Positions 43,947 to 58,625 of a DNA stretch of 64,000 nt are shown piece after piece (the first letter of the stretch is position 1; every line of letters begins with the position of its first letter). A model generated the notes under the pieces. The model searched no databases, was not told the origin of the DNA, and was given only the letters and a program-made list of their open reading frames with translations. The position numbers and the translations under genes are program-made. The DNA is from Amoebidium appalachense (lineage: Eukaryota; Protista; Ichthyosporea): the NCBI GenBank assembly GCA_963693365.1, contig CAVNZM010000002.1, forward strand, positions 10,844,328 to 10,908,327, read 5' to 3'.

Positions 43947-44861
43947 GCTGCCTGCGGCCCGTTATGTGATGCCTTTCCTAATACAGAAGTCACACAGACA
44001 CACACTTGCAGTTAGGCCTTATGACAGCTAAAACGTAACGCCGGAAAACTAAAACGTAAACTGAACCTGCCACGGTGTTATAGGCTGAAGACGAACCACA
44101 AGGAATGTGAACGCATGATGGTGATTGGTCGAACAACATCCTTGGAGCGCGGTAAATCAATGTCTCGGCATAATGCGCGGTGTGCATGGGCACTCTCCCT
44201 GGAGGTCAGCCACAGGGTATGAATAAAATATGCGTAAATAGTGAAAGAGCTATGCTTTTTGTGCCTAAAGTCTTGGCGATAATATTTTAGGATTTGTTTT
44301 TTCCCTCTTTTTATGGTGTTAAAACTTTAGTTTGCGCGGTGCCCTATGCAGTGTCGTGTGGTTTTGCAGTGACCGTGACGTCAGTTCCACCTTGACAAAA
44401 GATAGGAATTTACATGCCTCTGATAATGATGTAAGGGATAGGTAAGAAGCAACCAATCAAAATCGATGAGCACTGGGGTTTGTTTACGTCGGTGTGTAGC
44501 CAATCGGCCGCGAGGCATACCCAAAATGGCAATGATAGCGCAAACACCAAAAATTTCACTTTCAAACTTCCAGGCAAAAACGCACAGACCTGTCCTGTAC
44601 GCACGTTCCAACTTATGGAGTTAGTCATGTAATTGAAATTGGAAGGGCCGCTATGTCCTGCACTCATGTTGTCGCATAGTGAGTGTAAGAAGTAGGCTGC
44701 AATGTAACAGCACACTCCGGCCCCCTGCTGTTAGGTGTGCCTGTACCCAACGGGGTGATTGATTGCCAACCTCCTTCCTTGCCCCCCGTGCCACTGGGCT
44801 CAACCCTCGATCTTCCCCGCATACCCATAGCCGTGATATCTGCACACTGTCACCGCTTTAT

Positions 44862-46010
44862 AATGCAGCAACCACCCAGCGAAGATGTGCCGAAAGAGGC
44901 TTCAGTCACCAGCGAGGCTGAGCGCTACTTTGTTGGGGACGATTTGGCACTAGCAGCTATGGTGGCCCGGTGCAGGGCTGCACTGGGGGCGGAGGGGGGC
45001 CTGAGCACGGCCAGTCTGGCCAGCCTGCAGCAAGAATACACCGCCCTGCTGATGGACGCTTACACAAAAGTGCGTGTTGTGCTGGGCAAGGGCCGGTGAA
45101 GGAGATGGTGGTGGCGGGGGGTGTTTGGGGGGGGGGGGGGGGGGGGGGGGAGTAGGGGGGAGGGCAGGTTGAGAGGGTGAGTGGGGCTGATGGGGGGGGG
45201 GGGGGGGGGGAGGGGGGAGGTGTTTCCGGCTGCTGGGTGCGGTGGGGCAGGGAGAACGGTTGTGGCGCCTTTGACGAAGAAGGGAGGGAGGTGGGGGTCA
45301 AAAAGGGAGGGAGCAGAAGAAAAAAGTAAAGTGTGATGGGGAAGAGAGTAGTGAGCAGGACAGGCAATTGCGATTGCTGTTTCTGGGCTCTTTTCATACC
45401 CTTGTTTTGCTCGTGCCCGGCACACGCTCCCTTCTAAGTTGTGCTGTCCTCTGACCCCACATTAAATCCCCGTGACTCCTTTCTCAAAGCTTTTGCCAAG
45501 CACCAAAGTTGGCATGCACATACAAGTGGGCCCCTCTCCTGATATCTCCCTTTGCCTCCTTCAATCCAAAGGCACACTGGCTCACTGTTTTCCCCTGCAG
45601 CCGAACAAACCCGAAGTCAAAGTGCCCAAAGTACGCAGGCAGAGCAAGGCCAAGGGGGCACGGCCTCAGCAGGACGCACAGGCACAGGCACACACGGAGA
45701 GGGGGGAATTTGAACAGGCACAGGCACACACGGAGAGAGAGGAACTTTCACAGGCACACACAGAGGATGGGGGACAGGCTCACGTGCAGGCTGAGAGACA
45801 GGGGCAGATCTATACGGATATGGAGGCACAGCTTCACACGAACATGCACAGGCACACACACATGCAGGGGCAGTGGCACGTGCACACCCCCACCCATGCA
45901 CAACCCCTATGGGTGCCCCACCAGCCCGAACCTCCCCACCACAGCCAGGGGCAAGCATGGTGGCCAGAGGCAATATGGACGGGGCAGTATGGGCATGCAG
46001 GCAGCCAGGG
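44862..46010 (+). CDS. Hypothetical protein, 3' exons unresolved
   Basis: ATG 44862; exon to about 45069 (MQQPPSEDVPK...LLMDAYTK) with GT donor; CTGCAG acceptor at 45600; exon 45601-46010 (Q/H/A-rich) with GTAAG donor. No family recognised. Confidence 0.5.
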
Positions 46011-47113
46011 GTAAGGTACGGGACTAGTGTAGCAAAGTTTCATGCATGACGGCACCCGTGTGTGTGCTGTGGTGTGTGTGAGGGCAGGCTGACACGTGAC
46101 TGTTTTGAGCCACACTGGTCAGTGCCTTTGCTGTACACCGGTGGCCTACGAGGTCAATTCGGCTCAGTGTTGCAACACGGCTACACTCTGGATGCGGTCA
46201 CCGTACTTTCCCTGCTCCTTAAATCCCCCCCCTCCCCTCCCCCCCCCCCTCCCTTTGGCCCCCAAACACGCCACCGCGGCCGCAACCACCACCACTACCC
46301 AGTCACCCAGTGGCACCCAGCCACCGTAACAGTCCCCAACCCACCCACCACAGCACCACCCATAAGTAACTCATATCGGCAATTGGTTGCAACGTTTCCA
46401 CGTAGGGTTTTGTCAGAACACCAGCTGTTTGTTTGGAACCGTGTTAACGTTACGTGTGGGGTTACATGGCTACACCCGTTGGTAGGTGTGCTAAAGTGGG
46501 GCCACCTGCCATATGAGGCAGGAGGCCACCGGTCAATTGTGATGCATACTTCCGAGTGTTTTATAAAAACAAACCCAATCTGTACTGTGCTGGGATGCAA
46601 GACCGTGCACTTGTGTGCAGATTGATAGTGGACTAATGATTAAAAGAGTCCTGTCCATGGAGGACGGACAAAAGTATGCTGTATGTGGCGCAGTGCGCTG
46701 CTCATGCATGTGTACAACAATACAAATGTACATGTATCATAGTACAACAATACATACGTCAAGTATGTTTCGTACATACACACTGCCCTTGCCAGTAGAG
46801 CCTATTACGCCGTGCATGCGGTGCGTGTGTATTGCTCAATTACTGACCTGCCTCTGCCATTTGCTAGCTATACTAGAGCATTAACTATTTGAAGTATTTC
46901 ACATTCATACATGTGTGCAGCGACCCTCCCTCCCCCCCCCCCATCACCCCACCCCCAATGTTCTCATCCCCCCCCCCCTCCCCCTCCCCGCCGCAACCCC
47001 AACCACCACCATCACCAACCACTCATATCCAAATCCCCCATGTCCACGCGCCTTATCAAAACCAGACACACAGCCACATGGCTGCCTTAGACTGAAAGAA
47101 GAAAACAAACCTG

Positions 47114-47463
47114 CTACGTGATGCCCAGCTGTGTATAGACGTGGGCCAGTCCACACCGCACCAGTGCCCCCTGCACCTCGTCTGCCCCCAAACACATCTG
47201 CACCTGGAAGTCCTCATAGCCAGGCCCACTGAATGCACTAGAGCACACCTGCACCCAGACACACTGGTCATATGACTGTCCCAGTGCATGTACACACACA
47301 CGGTGACATCGTGAACACACAACACTTGTGCGGCTCCCCTGTACAATGTAGAGAGAATATATGGGAGGATGTACGTATTATCAGTGTACGGTCCAGCCGC
47401 CCAGCCGAATTTCATAGGTGTCACCACTAGCACTCCGGTATGTGTGTGGCTATGCGTATGTTG

Positions 47464-47538
<75 letters not shown>

Positions 47539-48417
47539 CATGTGTGGATGTCTAGCTGTATGTGTGCCTGTTCAGTATAACGTGTGTATGGCTGTAAGTG
47601 TGAGTATATGTGTGTGCCTGTACGTGTAGCTGTGTATGTGCCTGCATGTGTGTGGCTGCATGTGGGTGACTGTATGAGGCTGTATATGAAGGGCTGCAGG
47701 CGTGGAGCATTATGTGTGGGTCTGGATGTGTGGCTGTGTGCATGCCTATGGCTGTATGTTTTCCACGTGTGTGTATGCGTGCACGTGTGCGCATGTGTGT
47801 GCGGCTATGTGTGTGTGTCTGTATGTGTGTGTGTGGCAGGATGTGCAGAGGTGTACATTAATGTGTGCATGAGTGGGCCCATGTGTGTCAGTGCTTGTAT
47901 TGTGGCTGTAAATGCACATGTGCATGTGTGCATGAGTGGGCCTATGTGTGTCAGTGCTTGTATTGTGACTGTAAATGCACATGTGCATGTGTGCCTGCAT
48001 GTGTGTGTGTGCATCCACCATAGCCATCATGCGCTCTCTGCATGGCCTGCCTCTTGCATCCACATCCACATTACTGGTGCGCATCAGGCGCCGCCACTCC
48101 TGCAACCCCCTGCACACAGATGTGGGTAACCGGCCCAATGTCCACAGAAATACCGAGGAAGGTGTGTGCTGGCTTGGGAACAGAGGAGTGTGGGCATAGA
48201 TGCCGTGTCTCTTAGTGATACGCGAGCTCGAAATGGGGGTTAAAAGGACAGCATTGGTGTGGCAAAATTCTTTTTGATCCTCTCTTTTCTTGTGTCGTTT
48301 CGTTTCCTGTCCTTCCTCTTTCCTTTTATCCTCCTCCTCCTCCTTCTTGTCTTTCTTTCTTTCTTCTTTCTTTCCTTCTTTCTTTCTTTTCTTTCTTTCT
48401 CGCTTTTTTTTTTTTTT

Positions 48418-48448
<31 letters not shown>

Positions 48449-48779
48449 AATATGTGCATGCACAGACCTTTGTGGGCCGGCCAGCAGCACGACTATATGG
48501 TGGGCATAGAACAGCAGGCGGCCCACCAGACCACAGCCATTGGCATACCCCAGCAGCCTCTTGCTGTAGCCACTACGGTCATTCATGTGGTCAAGCACGT
48601 GCACCTCGGCCTGGGGGGGTGGGTCAGGGGGTGTGCATTGGCCTCAATACAGGGTGGAGGTATAGCAGACTAGAGGAGGGCATGTGCACTGTGTGGCATG
48701 GGATAGCTGGGTTGCCTTTACATATATAAAAACAACACTAAATGACCTGGAGGGGAGGGAGGGAGCGCCGGTGGGGAAA

Positions 48780-48813
<34 letters not shown>

Positions 48814-48897
48814 CTGTGTTGTGCACTTGATACAAACGGAAGATTTGTACGGGGATGGTAGGGAAACATGGATTGGCAACCACAGACTAACTACATG

Positions 48898-48948
<51 letters not shown>

Positions 48949-51016
48949 GTGGAACAGACGCATTCATTTCAAGCAACGGCGTGCTTGCACACCCACACCC
49001 ACACCCACCTAACTGCACTACACAACCAGCACACACCGAGGCTACCACCATCATATGCCAGTACTCAAGGCACCCACCTGCCATTGGTCCCTTCCATTCC
49101 CTGCCTCCACACCACCTCTCAGCCCCTCCTCGCTAATCACGTCATCGGCACTTCCAGTAACTTCCGCCTGTGACGTATCAAATCCCATGGCTGCCACGTG
49201 GTCATTCACCCACTGTGTGCACTCAAACAGTACCGGCCTGCCCTGCACACCCCGTCAGCACCCATGCACCCATCCACCTGTGCACATATCACCACCTCGC
49301 ACGGCCACACACACCCGCACCTCTGAGCATAGACGTCCATTGCACCGTCCCACTAGTCACACCTTCACCATAAGCGTGGTCCCAGTCTGCCCTGACCCAA
49401 CCAGAGCTACTCCAGCCATCCAAAATCGTATTTTGCTATCCAGAAATAGGCATAGTTCTTCCTGTGGTAAAAGGGCTGGGGTGACACAAAAAAATGGGGA
49501 GTAGGGGGCCTGGGGGGCACGTACGAACCCTGCATGCGGGTGTCTACGATGGCTGTAAACTGGGCTGCCATTTCCACAGTGGACGAGGGGGGCCACCACG
49601 TGGGGCCCACCACCTCATAGATCGGCCCATCCTGATTGGCTCAAAGTCAGTCGGGTATGTGCGGGCACACCGGCGTGGCACGTGCGAGTCATTGCAAACA
49701 AACTGGGCAGCGTAGATGATTCTAAAGGCTATGCAGGTAACTGGTTGTCACTGGGTGTGTGTGTGTACAGCCAACATGTGCACGTATGTGCATGTCACCT
49801 TTGGCAGATGTGCTTATTTGGATATTGCCACATGGGCAACCGGGTGTCGTAAAAAAGGCCATTTTCATCATGTCTGTGTGTGTGCACATTTGCACTTAAA
49901 GGTGTATGCCTGGGGTGTCACAACGTAGTACCGTGCATTGTGCACGGCACATTCGTGATTGTGTGGAGCGTGCCATGTGCATGCCCCCGTTTGATAGAGT
50001 GTGTGCGCATGCATGCATGTGAGGCCCGGACACAAAATACACACAAACACAAACACCGGGCAGCACACATTTTCACCATATCAGCGCTATTGGCATGCAC
50101 ACAACATGCACCTGCAGCCATCTCCACCCCCCCCCCCCCCCCCCCCCTGTCGCACGTACCTTATGTGGATAGCCGGGGGGCAGGGTGAAGACCACGTGCA
50201 CAGGGGGGCACCCACGTGGGCCCTCCTGCAGCTCCCCACAGTCAAAAGGGTGCGCGCACAAGTGCAATAGGTGATGCACCAATGAATTCTTTCGAAAATA
50301 GCTCCTCCCAGCCATTACATCTCCCTGGTATTGCATCCTGTAATTCTTATCCCCCTCCTTCCCTTCCCCCCCCCCCCCCTCTCTCTCCCTTCCCCATCTG
50401 CTTGCCCCCTACAGATACAAACCAGCACCAGCAGAAGTAACAACAAATTCATGTCTCCACCCCCTCCCTCTTCCCCCTTTCCTTCCTCCCCTCCCCGTCC
50501 CCCCCCCCCCTCCCCCCCCATCCCACCCACCCCTCTCACACACATGCACCCCACAACCACTAGCAAAAGAAGACTGTGATGACCCTTTCCCCCCTCCTCC
50601 CCCCCCCCCCCCCGGGCGCGTCTGGCCCCCCTGCGTCTCCTCAGGTCCACTCTACCAACATTAGGCCATCTTTTACTACATATATCACTTTCTTCCCTCC
50701 CACCTCTCTTATCAACTTCCCACGCACGCACACCCACCCACCCAAAGATGTGGCGAGTCGGCCTCTTGTGTTTGCACCTTCCCCCCCCCCCCCCCCCCCC
50801 CCCCCCCCTTCGTCCCCCGTCCTGCCGTCGCTGCCGCCCCTCTAAACGCACACACACGCACGTACAGACACACATACTCATCCCCCTACCCACCACGGCC
50901 AGTTGGTACGTAGCCGGGCCCACGTGTGTCCACTGGTTGCCATATATGGCAGCTAGGGCCCCGACCTCCTCCTCTGCCTCGCTGCTTATTAACCCCTTGC
51001 TGGTGCCTGGCTCCAT
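47114..51016 (-). CDS. RWDD3: RWD domain-containing protein 3 (RSUME, SUMOylation enhancer)
   Basis: RWD motifs EEEVGALAAIYG, VVFTLPPGYP and G-x-PVLFECTQWV; C-terminal blocks LDHMNDRSGYSKRL...LVGRLLF...IVVLLAG and RTSNVDVDARGRPCRERMM match RWDD3 (LDHM...LTGRLMF...VDVDSSGKKCKEKMI). Stop at 47114. Confidence 0.85.
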
Positions 51017-51301
51017 CCCCCTGCAGCTATGAGCACTTAGTGATAGGTCTTGACAGCTCTATGGCCTTCCTCACCTGCTAAGAAATAAGGCCGTGCCCCA
51101 AGACAACAGGGTTTACTTTTCCTTATCCTTCCTCCTTACTTTGTCTGCATGAATTCCATGGTTTTTGTGCAACATGGCTCCCCCATACCTGTAACCACCG
51201 ACTTTCAGGCGCCTACAGGCAAGCCTTTCCACAAAGTACTTGCCCTCCCTACCTAAGAGTGCAAACCATCCCTCCCTTCATTCAAAGAACTCCCGTACCT
51301 C

Positions 51302-51340
<39 letters not shown>

Positions 51341-51770
51341 CCCCCCCCCCCCCCCCCCCCCCCACCCCCCCCCTCCCCCTTTCCCATTCCCCTCCTCCCC
51401 ACCACATGCCTTGCCACCTCCACCACCTCTCCAACCGAGCTAAATAGAAACAGGCACAAAGTCAAACACAAGGCACACTGGTCTCCCACAGAAATAGAAC
51501 GAGAAATGCGTGCACTCCCACACTCAATGCACGCACACAGCAAGTTAAAAAGAAAGAGCCTACGTGGACAAGAGAGGGCCCCCGGGGGGGTGGGGGGGAA
51601 GGTGGGGAGGGGGGGGGCCGAGCAGCCGGGGTGAAGGGGGGGGGGGGGGGGAGGGGGGGGAGGGGGGGGAGCAGCGGGGATAGGGCCGGGGGGGAGGGGA
51701 GGGGGAGCAGCAGGGGGGGGAGGGGGGGGGGGGACCGGGGAGGGGAGGGAGGGGGGGAGGGGGGGAAGGG

Positions 51771-51801
<31 letters not shown>

Positions 51802-53591
51802 CGGTTCCCGAGCTTGTACTTGCACGACCAAAAGTGCTCAATGGCACACGAGGATGCATGTTTCATGCTTCACGCGCAGCAAGACAAGCGGCACAACGGA
51901 ACACTCACACAACACCACACAAACGCTGGCAAACATTCGTGCATGCACTCACCACCAGGGCGACATGAATACGCCCACGTGCCCCCGAAACAAAGCACCG
52001 CATGATCGTACCACCCACCTATGTTTACAACGGACGTGGTCTTGGTTTACACGTAGTCTTCCACGCCTGCCCTGCGCCTGTAAACTATGCCACCCCATAT
52101 GTTGGCGAGCACGAACGGAACATTCTGCAAGCTGCCCAACAATGCTTTGACCGGGTTGCTCCCAACAAGGCCAGCTTTGAAACGGGCCTCTGACAGCTTT
52201 TCCGAAGCGCCACGGTGCCACGGTCACGACTCACGATCGGCCCCAGCTGGTAGGCTCTGGCCGCCGCCAGACTCCGTGGCCGGCTGGCCCAGTGATTTTC
52301 AAATTCGCGACAAAAAAACACCAACCAATAGGATGCGTTAACAGCCAGGATGCTGTGATACACATCCAATGGGAGTTGTCCAAGGGTTAAGTGAACTCAA
52401 AAAAACGCATACAATTGTCAGCCTTTCAAAGCTCAATACCAAGAAGAAATACATTCTAGTAAAGAATAAAATGAAATATTAAGAACTTTTAAGGTGTACG
52501 TTTATGCCACTTTCTCATACTTCCTTATTTCAATTCACATTCTGTGATCTGGACGCCGTTCAACAAAACTCAGCTCTGCGACCACTGCGTGCCAAGGCTT
52601 GCTTGGTAAAATCTCGCCGCCGCAGGGCCATGATGTTGTTTTTGAGCGAGCAGCTTCCATGAGGTTTTAGATTGAATGACTTTGTGCGAATAGAAGTGTG
52701 ATTCTTTTGTTTATAAATTTTGTGATTGGATTATTGTTCCCGCCATCAGGACTGGCGATTACTGATTGGCATATTAATTTAAATGTAGAAATTGAATTCA
52801 TATCACTGTGTATAGATCCTACGTCATTTGCGTAAATTGTATTGAACACCTATTTTTACACTCTGTTTCTTTATAAAACCCCATTATTGTTAATTCGGGG
52901 TTTTGCGGCATCCGTTTCTAATATAGGTACGGTTGGGTGAGCCCAAGTGAGCCACAATCGCCGGGTCACTTTTGCAGGCCAGGGTATATAAACCGATCGG
53001 AAGTGCGTTTTCCGTGTGTTTCCATTCACTCGTTGCATTTGACGCGAATAAACTGGGCCCTTTCCCAGTGATGCCCCTATAAGACACTTCAACATCTGAG
53101 ATTTTACTGTCAAATTTTCCCCCTTCCCGTTAGTTCACAACAGCAAAAAAAAATTTGCTCTTCCAGGTTGCCCAAGAGACGTGTCTGCCACAATAAGCGC
53201 CGGTTTATGCAAGAAAGCTAGCGCCAGGAGCCGGCATTGGTTTCTAAGGTTGGCAGAGAGTGATTTTTGCTGTCTGTGTGTTAATGTGTATGTTTTTAAG
53301 TTTGTGTTGTTACATGTGTGTTTATTCATGTGTGTGTCATACGTTCGTGAAGCATCCGTGTGTGTACGTTCACCTGTGCAGTATGTGCGTTGTAACATGC
53401 ATGTTGTGTAGGTACGGGTAGTTAACGTGTGTTTGTGTGTGTGTGCTGGTGTTTGTGTTCACGGCTACGAGTTGCACTGCCGCCTGCGGGTATGTAAAGA
53501 ATATATTTGTAATAAAGTGACACTTGAGTGTGCCTCAATGTGTGTGAAGGAGTGTGTGTGTGTGAGTGTTCAAAAACATTCTTCATCCACC

Positions 53592-54394
53592 ATGAGTGTG
53601 TGGCCCGTCCTGCTCCCCGTGATCACACCTACCTCTTGCACCCAGTACGTCAACATGTCCACCGCCGTCAAGACCGACCACCCAGTGCCTGCCGGGCACG
53701 GCCCAAAGGCACATGCAGGCAACAGTCACGTGTACAAGTCCAAACCTCGGGCTCACAAGCAGAACCCCAACAAGAACCACCCGCACCCACCCCACCACCA
53801 GCAGGCACCTCTATACCACCCCCAGGGCATACTGCCTGAGTTCTACACGCTTCCACCGGGGGCCTTCCGCATGCCCGTGCTGCGTCTGGACAACATGCCC
53901 AGCAGGGAGGTGCGTCTGCAGCGCTACGCAATCAGCGACCTGCATGCCGTGGCCCACCCACAAGGTGTCGTCAAGCTGGAGGTATCCCCTCCCCCCCCCC
54001 CCCCCCCCCCCCTCCCCCCCCCCCCCCCCCCCCCGGCCCCCGGTCCCCTCATTCTCCCAAAAAATCCTTCCTCACCAAGTCCCCTCTCCCCACCCCCTCC
54101 TCCCCTCCACCCTCTTTTGTTTGATCCGAAAGTTTGCAATACATGGTTGGGGGATCACTATTGGATCAAGCAATAACTGATCAACATCCCCAGCGGCTTG
54201 GAAAAACGTGGTGCACGGCCATTTATACGTCACAGGGACACAACACTAATTACCCTCCCCTCCCCACAACCCCCACCCCCATCTCTCCCCCCCCCCCCCC
54301 TTCCCCCCCCCCCCCCCTCCCCCCCCCCCCCCCCCCCCCCAATAAAAAAGGAAAAAAAGAAAAAGAAAACGAAATCTCTATCGTCCTTTCCAAC

Positions 54395-54425
<31 letters not shown>

Positions 54426-54439
54426 ACACACACACGCAC

Positions 54440-54479
<40 letters not shown>

Positions 54480-54977
54480 GCACACGCACAGCCCAGCATG
54501 TCTGTGGACAAGGCCATGAAAGTGCTTGCAGCCAACAACATCCTCTCAGCTCCCGTAGTCGACCTGACTGGAAAGGCACGTCTCTTCCTTCTCCCTCCCC
54601 CCTCCCCCCCCCCCCCCCCCCCCCCCCCCCCCAGCACACACACCCACCACTCCCCATTCCCACTCCTCCTCTCCTCCCCCCCCCCCCTCTCCCCGCCTCC
54701 GTCCCCCCCCCCCCCCCCCCCCCCCCGTAATATTATTCCCCATCTTATCCCACCCCCCCCCCCCCCCCCTTCGAAGACACGCACGCACGCACACACACAC
54801 ACCTGAAAAGGGGAGGGGAGGGGGGGGACCGTCTGTTGATAAGGGCAAGACTGAAAGAAGAATATTCACACATGTTTGTCCCTGCCTCTTATGCTGCTCC
54901 AAGTGAACAACCCTTTGGTGCAACCGTTCTGCCCTGTGAGCATTTGGCTGGATGGGCGGAGTGTGTTTGTGTGTGAC

Positions 54978-55014
<37 letters not shown>

Positions 55015-57185
55015 AGGGGGGGGGATAAGTTCCAGGTGACAATATATATATATATATATATGGGTAGTTCTGCCCAGCAGGCTCAGTGCAAGGCATGCAG
55101 GGAACTGGCAGGTGGAGGGCAGCTAACCTCCTCTCACCCAGGTGGTGGGCATGCTGGATGCGATGGACATAGCGGCCCACATGCTCGATGCCTTCCTGCT
55201 GGACCCCACCACCCCGTCCACCCCCCCTGCCTGGTGCACAGACACAGACACCATCCAGCACCGTGCCATACGCTACGGCCTACGCCCCGTCCACTCTGTC
55301 ATGGGTGCGTAATCCCTCCCTCTCCCCCCCCCCCCCCCCCTCCTCCCCTCCCTCCCTCCGCCCTTCTCCCCCACCCTCCAGGTCTAAAGGAAAATGCACC
55401 TCTTCTCTCGTTCACCGCCTGTGAGAAAACGACATGGAAACTAGCACCAGGCCACAGGGCTGAGGAGCACAAAAGAAGAAGACGGTGTCGCTGTGGGCTT
55501 TTCTCCTTTATTTTTTTTCCTCTCCTCCGATCTTAACCATTTTTTGTGGGGGGTGGAGGTGGGAAGGGGGGAGGGGGGGGGGGGGAGGGGGGGGGGAGGG
55601 GGGGGGGGGGGGGGAGGTAATGGGCATGTGATGTAGGGGTGAAAGGTGAGCGATGCAGCCCGGCCGTTGCATCCTGACGCATTGTACCAACTGCACTTGC
55701 AGGGTTTGTATGCATATTGACTGGTGGCTGTGCACAGTGCGAGTGAGTGTATGGCGCATGCACAGGGTGAGTGAGTGTATGGTGCATATACGTGTTAGTT
55801 GGTGTATGGTGCATGTACGTGTGAGTAAGTGTAATGGCATGCACATGCTGACCCCCTCCTCTATTTGCAGGCAATTCCCAGGCCAACCCCATCTGCACCG
55901 TCTATCCCTCAGGCGATCTCTTCCAGCTGGCTGGTGCTGACCCCCCCCCACTCCACCCCCCCTCCCTCCCCCCACACACACACGGCGTGCTCACGTGCAC
56001 GCGGATTCCCCCCCCCCCCCCCCCCCCCCCCCCTCAAACAACAACAACAACGAAAAACAAAAGAAAGAAAGAAATGGAGAAAATTTTAAAAAAGAAGGAA
56101 CGAAGGAGACCGTTTAAAAGCACTGGTATTGGCCAAAAAACTTTCACCTCTCCTATCCTTTGCCTTCCATGTCTTCTTCTGAAGAAGGTGAAAACCATCA
56201 ATACATTGCTCCTCCCCACACCTTTCTCGCCCATTTGCCCCCCCCCCCCCCCCCCCCCCCTTCCGCTCCTCCTCCTCCCCCCCCCCCTCTCTCTCCCACA
56301 GCGCACAGTAACTCTAGCACTGAGGATGCAACATATAAACGCCGCGTGACCCAAACAGGTCATACGACAGTGGCCATACACACATGCACCCATCACCATC
56401 CTGTGTGGTGAGGTTTAGCCCACACACTCTCGAACTGTGTGTGCACCATAACACTACTAAATAGATGTGTCCGCGGGACCAGATGCGACGGAATAAACGC
56501 TAGCAGGCCCAGATCGATAATGGCGTATGTCGCCAGCATTTTATTCAATATTTCAGCCGCTACAGCTGTCAAACCCCATACATGCTTGATTGAAAATACA
56601 CAGAAAACAAAGACGCTCATTTTGGCACCAAGTTTTGCTACATAATAAATTATAACACAAACTTTCACTAAGTAAAACGTTAATGCACACCCCCTTCATA
56701 GCAACCGAAATTCGAAATGTTGGACTGTCTATCTAAATTGACCAATCAAATTTGTCAGCTCAAATTCGTAGGCTCCCCCCGGCGGCATCTCATCGGATGG
56801 CAATTTGAACTTCTAACGCCGCCTGCGCGAGCGGCGTTTTGGCTACAAAACCAAGTCTTATTTAGTAAAAGTTCATTTTTTTTGTCGCGCCAAGCAACGA
56901 ATGGTGTCAATAAAAAGGTCTTTTAAGTCTTCACGTTGTGAGCCTAAGTTTGTTAGGCTTATAGTGTATAGATTACAGTGTTTTTTATGGATGAAAAGGC
57001 ATTCGGGCCCATTTCGTCGATCCAGGCCTGCTAGCTTTTAATCCGCAATCTGAGCCCTAGACACATCTATAGCATCGTAACACTTGGCTTATGTTACCCC
57101 ATCCCCTACCCCCATCCCTATCCCCACCCCACGTGCGTTTTTCACACAAACAGACCCATTGCGCGAGCACACGCATGCGCACATG

Positions 57186-57271
<86 letters not shown>

Positions 57272-57380
57272 GCATGCAGAGGTGTTTGCACGAGGGGTAC
57301 ACCGGGTACCTGTGATGTCACCTGACGACCAGCTGATTGGGGTGGGTGCCTTTCTGTATCTCTATGTGCATGGGCCGTGA
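53592..57380 (+). CDS. CBS-domain protein (Sds23/AMPK-gamma-like Bateman module), apparently 3'-truncated
   Basis: Exons 53592-53981, 54492-54575, 55142-55304, 55871-55933, 57280-57341. CBS1 SVDKAMKVLAANNILSAPVVD...VVGMLDAMDI; CBS2 VFARGVHRVPVM...LIG. No following exon found; read-through of the last donor reaches a stop at 57380. Confidence 0.8.
56474..57058. mobile_element. Putative MITE / non-autonomous DNA transposon in a CBS-gene intron
   Basis: Imperfect ~50-bp terminal inverted repeats: GGACCAGATGCGACGGAATAAACGCTAGCAGGCCCAGATCGA at left versus the reverse complement of TCGATCCAGGCCTGCTAGCTTTTAATCCGCAATCTGAGCC at right; AT-rich non-coding interior. Confidence 0.55.
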
Positions 57381-57389
57381 TGGGTGCAA

Positions 57390-57790
57390 TGTGTGCATGT
57401 GAATTGTCTTTAATTCTTGGGATGTGTGCATGTGAATTGTAATCGGTTCTTGATGTGAACTGTCTTTAATTCTTGGGATGTGTGCATGTGAATTTGTATT
57501 CGGTGCTTGATGTGAATTGTCTTTAATTCTTGGGATGTGTGCATGTGAATTGTATTCGGTTCTTCTGTGTGCATGGGCAGTGTCCTTAATCCGGTGTGCA
57601 TGTGCAGCGGCCTTATGCATTGGAAGTGTCTTGGAACGTGTGCATGGGCAGGTTCTTAATCATTTCAAATGTGTGAGGCAGCGTATTATATTCTTGAAAT
57701 GTGTTAATGGGCAGTGTCCACTGTATCCTGAACATTGAAATGTGTGCATGGGTAGTGTCTTTGTGTGTGCTTTAATTCATGGAATCTGCG
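57390..57790. repeat. Degenerate tandem repeat (TGTGCATGTGAATTGTCTTTAATTCTTGGGA and derivatives)
   Basis: Three clear copies over 57390-57560, decaying rightwards. Confidence 0.75.
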
Positions 57791-57878
57791 CATCGGTAGT
57801 GTCTTTGTGTGCTGTGTAATTAAACAAATTCCCGCACGTGGTGGTGGTGGTGGTGGTGGGTGGGTGGGTGGGTACCGG

Positions 57879-57913
<35 letters not shown>

Positions 57914-58562
57914 GGGGGGGGGGGGAGGGGGTAGCCATTCAAACATATCGTCACAGTTGATTCTTTTTTGAATCTTTTTAAGAATACTTCTAATAACCTG
58001 GCGTCATTCCTGTCCTGGTTACTGCGTACGAAAATCATGAACTCAGATGGTCAAATGCAGGTCATTTAGCATCAAAATATGCAAAAAGAAGGGAAAGAAA
58101 CCCATGGGCAATAATAAACTGAAATGAATGAAAAGGATGCCCCCCCCCCCCCCACCCTTCCACCGTCCCTCCCGTCGCCTGCGCCCCACCCCGCTTGCCC
58201 CCTTTTTTTGATCTACCTACCTAATATAGGTGGAAGGGAGGACATAGACATGGATCGAAAAGGCTGTGTGTGTGTGTTTGAAGGGGGAGGGGGAGGAACA
58301 CGAACCACCAGACTTGAACACTTTGCACACAAGATACCTATCTGGTGCACACACACGCATTGACACCGTGTATACTATATTAGTGCCACAAGGGCTCTGG
58401 TTTTTTTGGACAGTCAACCGCCAGCGTGCAAATAGTTGGCCTGGGCCATGACTTATAATGCCCCCAAGACGAGTGCTGGGGCCCTGATCATGGCACCCTG
58501 CAGGCACACATGTACACACACATTGTCATTCGATTCACAACCTGGTACATGCACGATGTAGA

Positions 58563-58625
<63 letters not shown>

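Noticed and set aside
52381-52390. piggyBac-like end (GGGTTAA)
   Set aside because: No matching left terminus or transposase remnant found.
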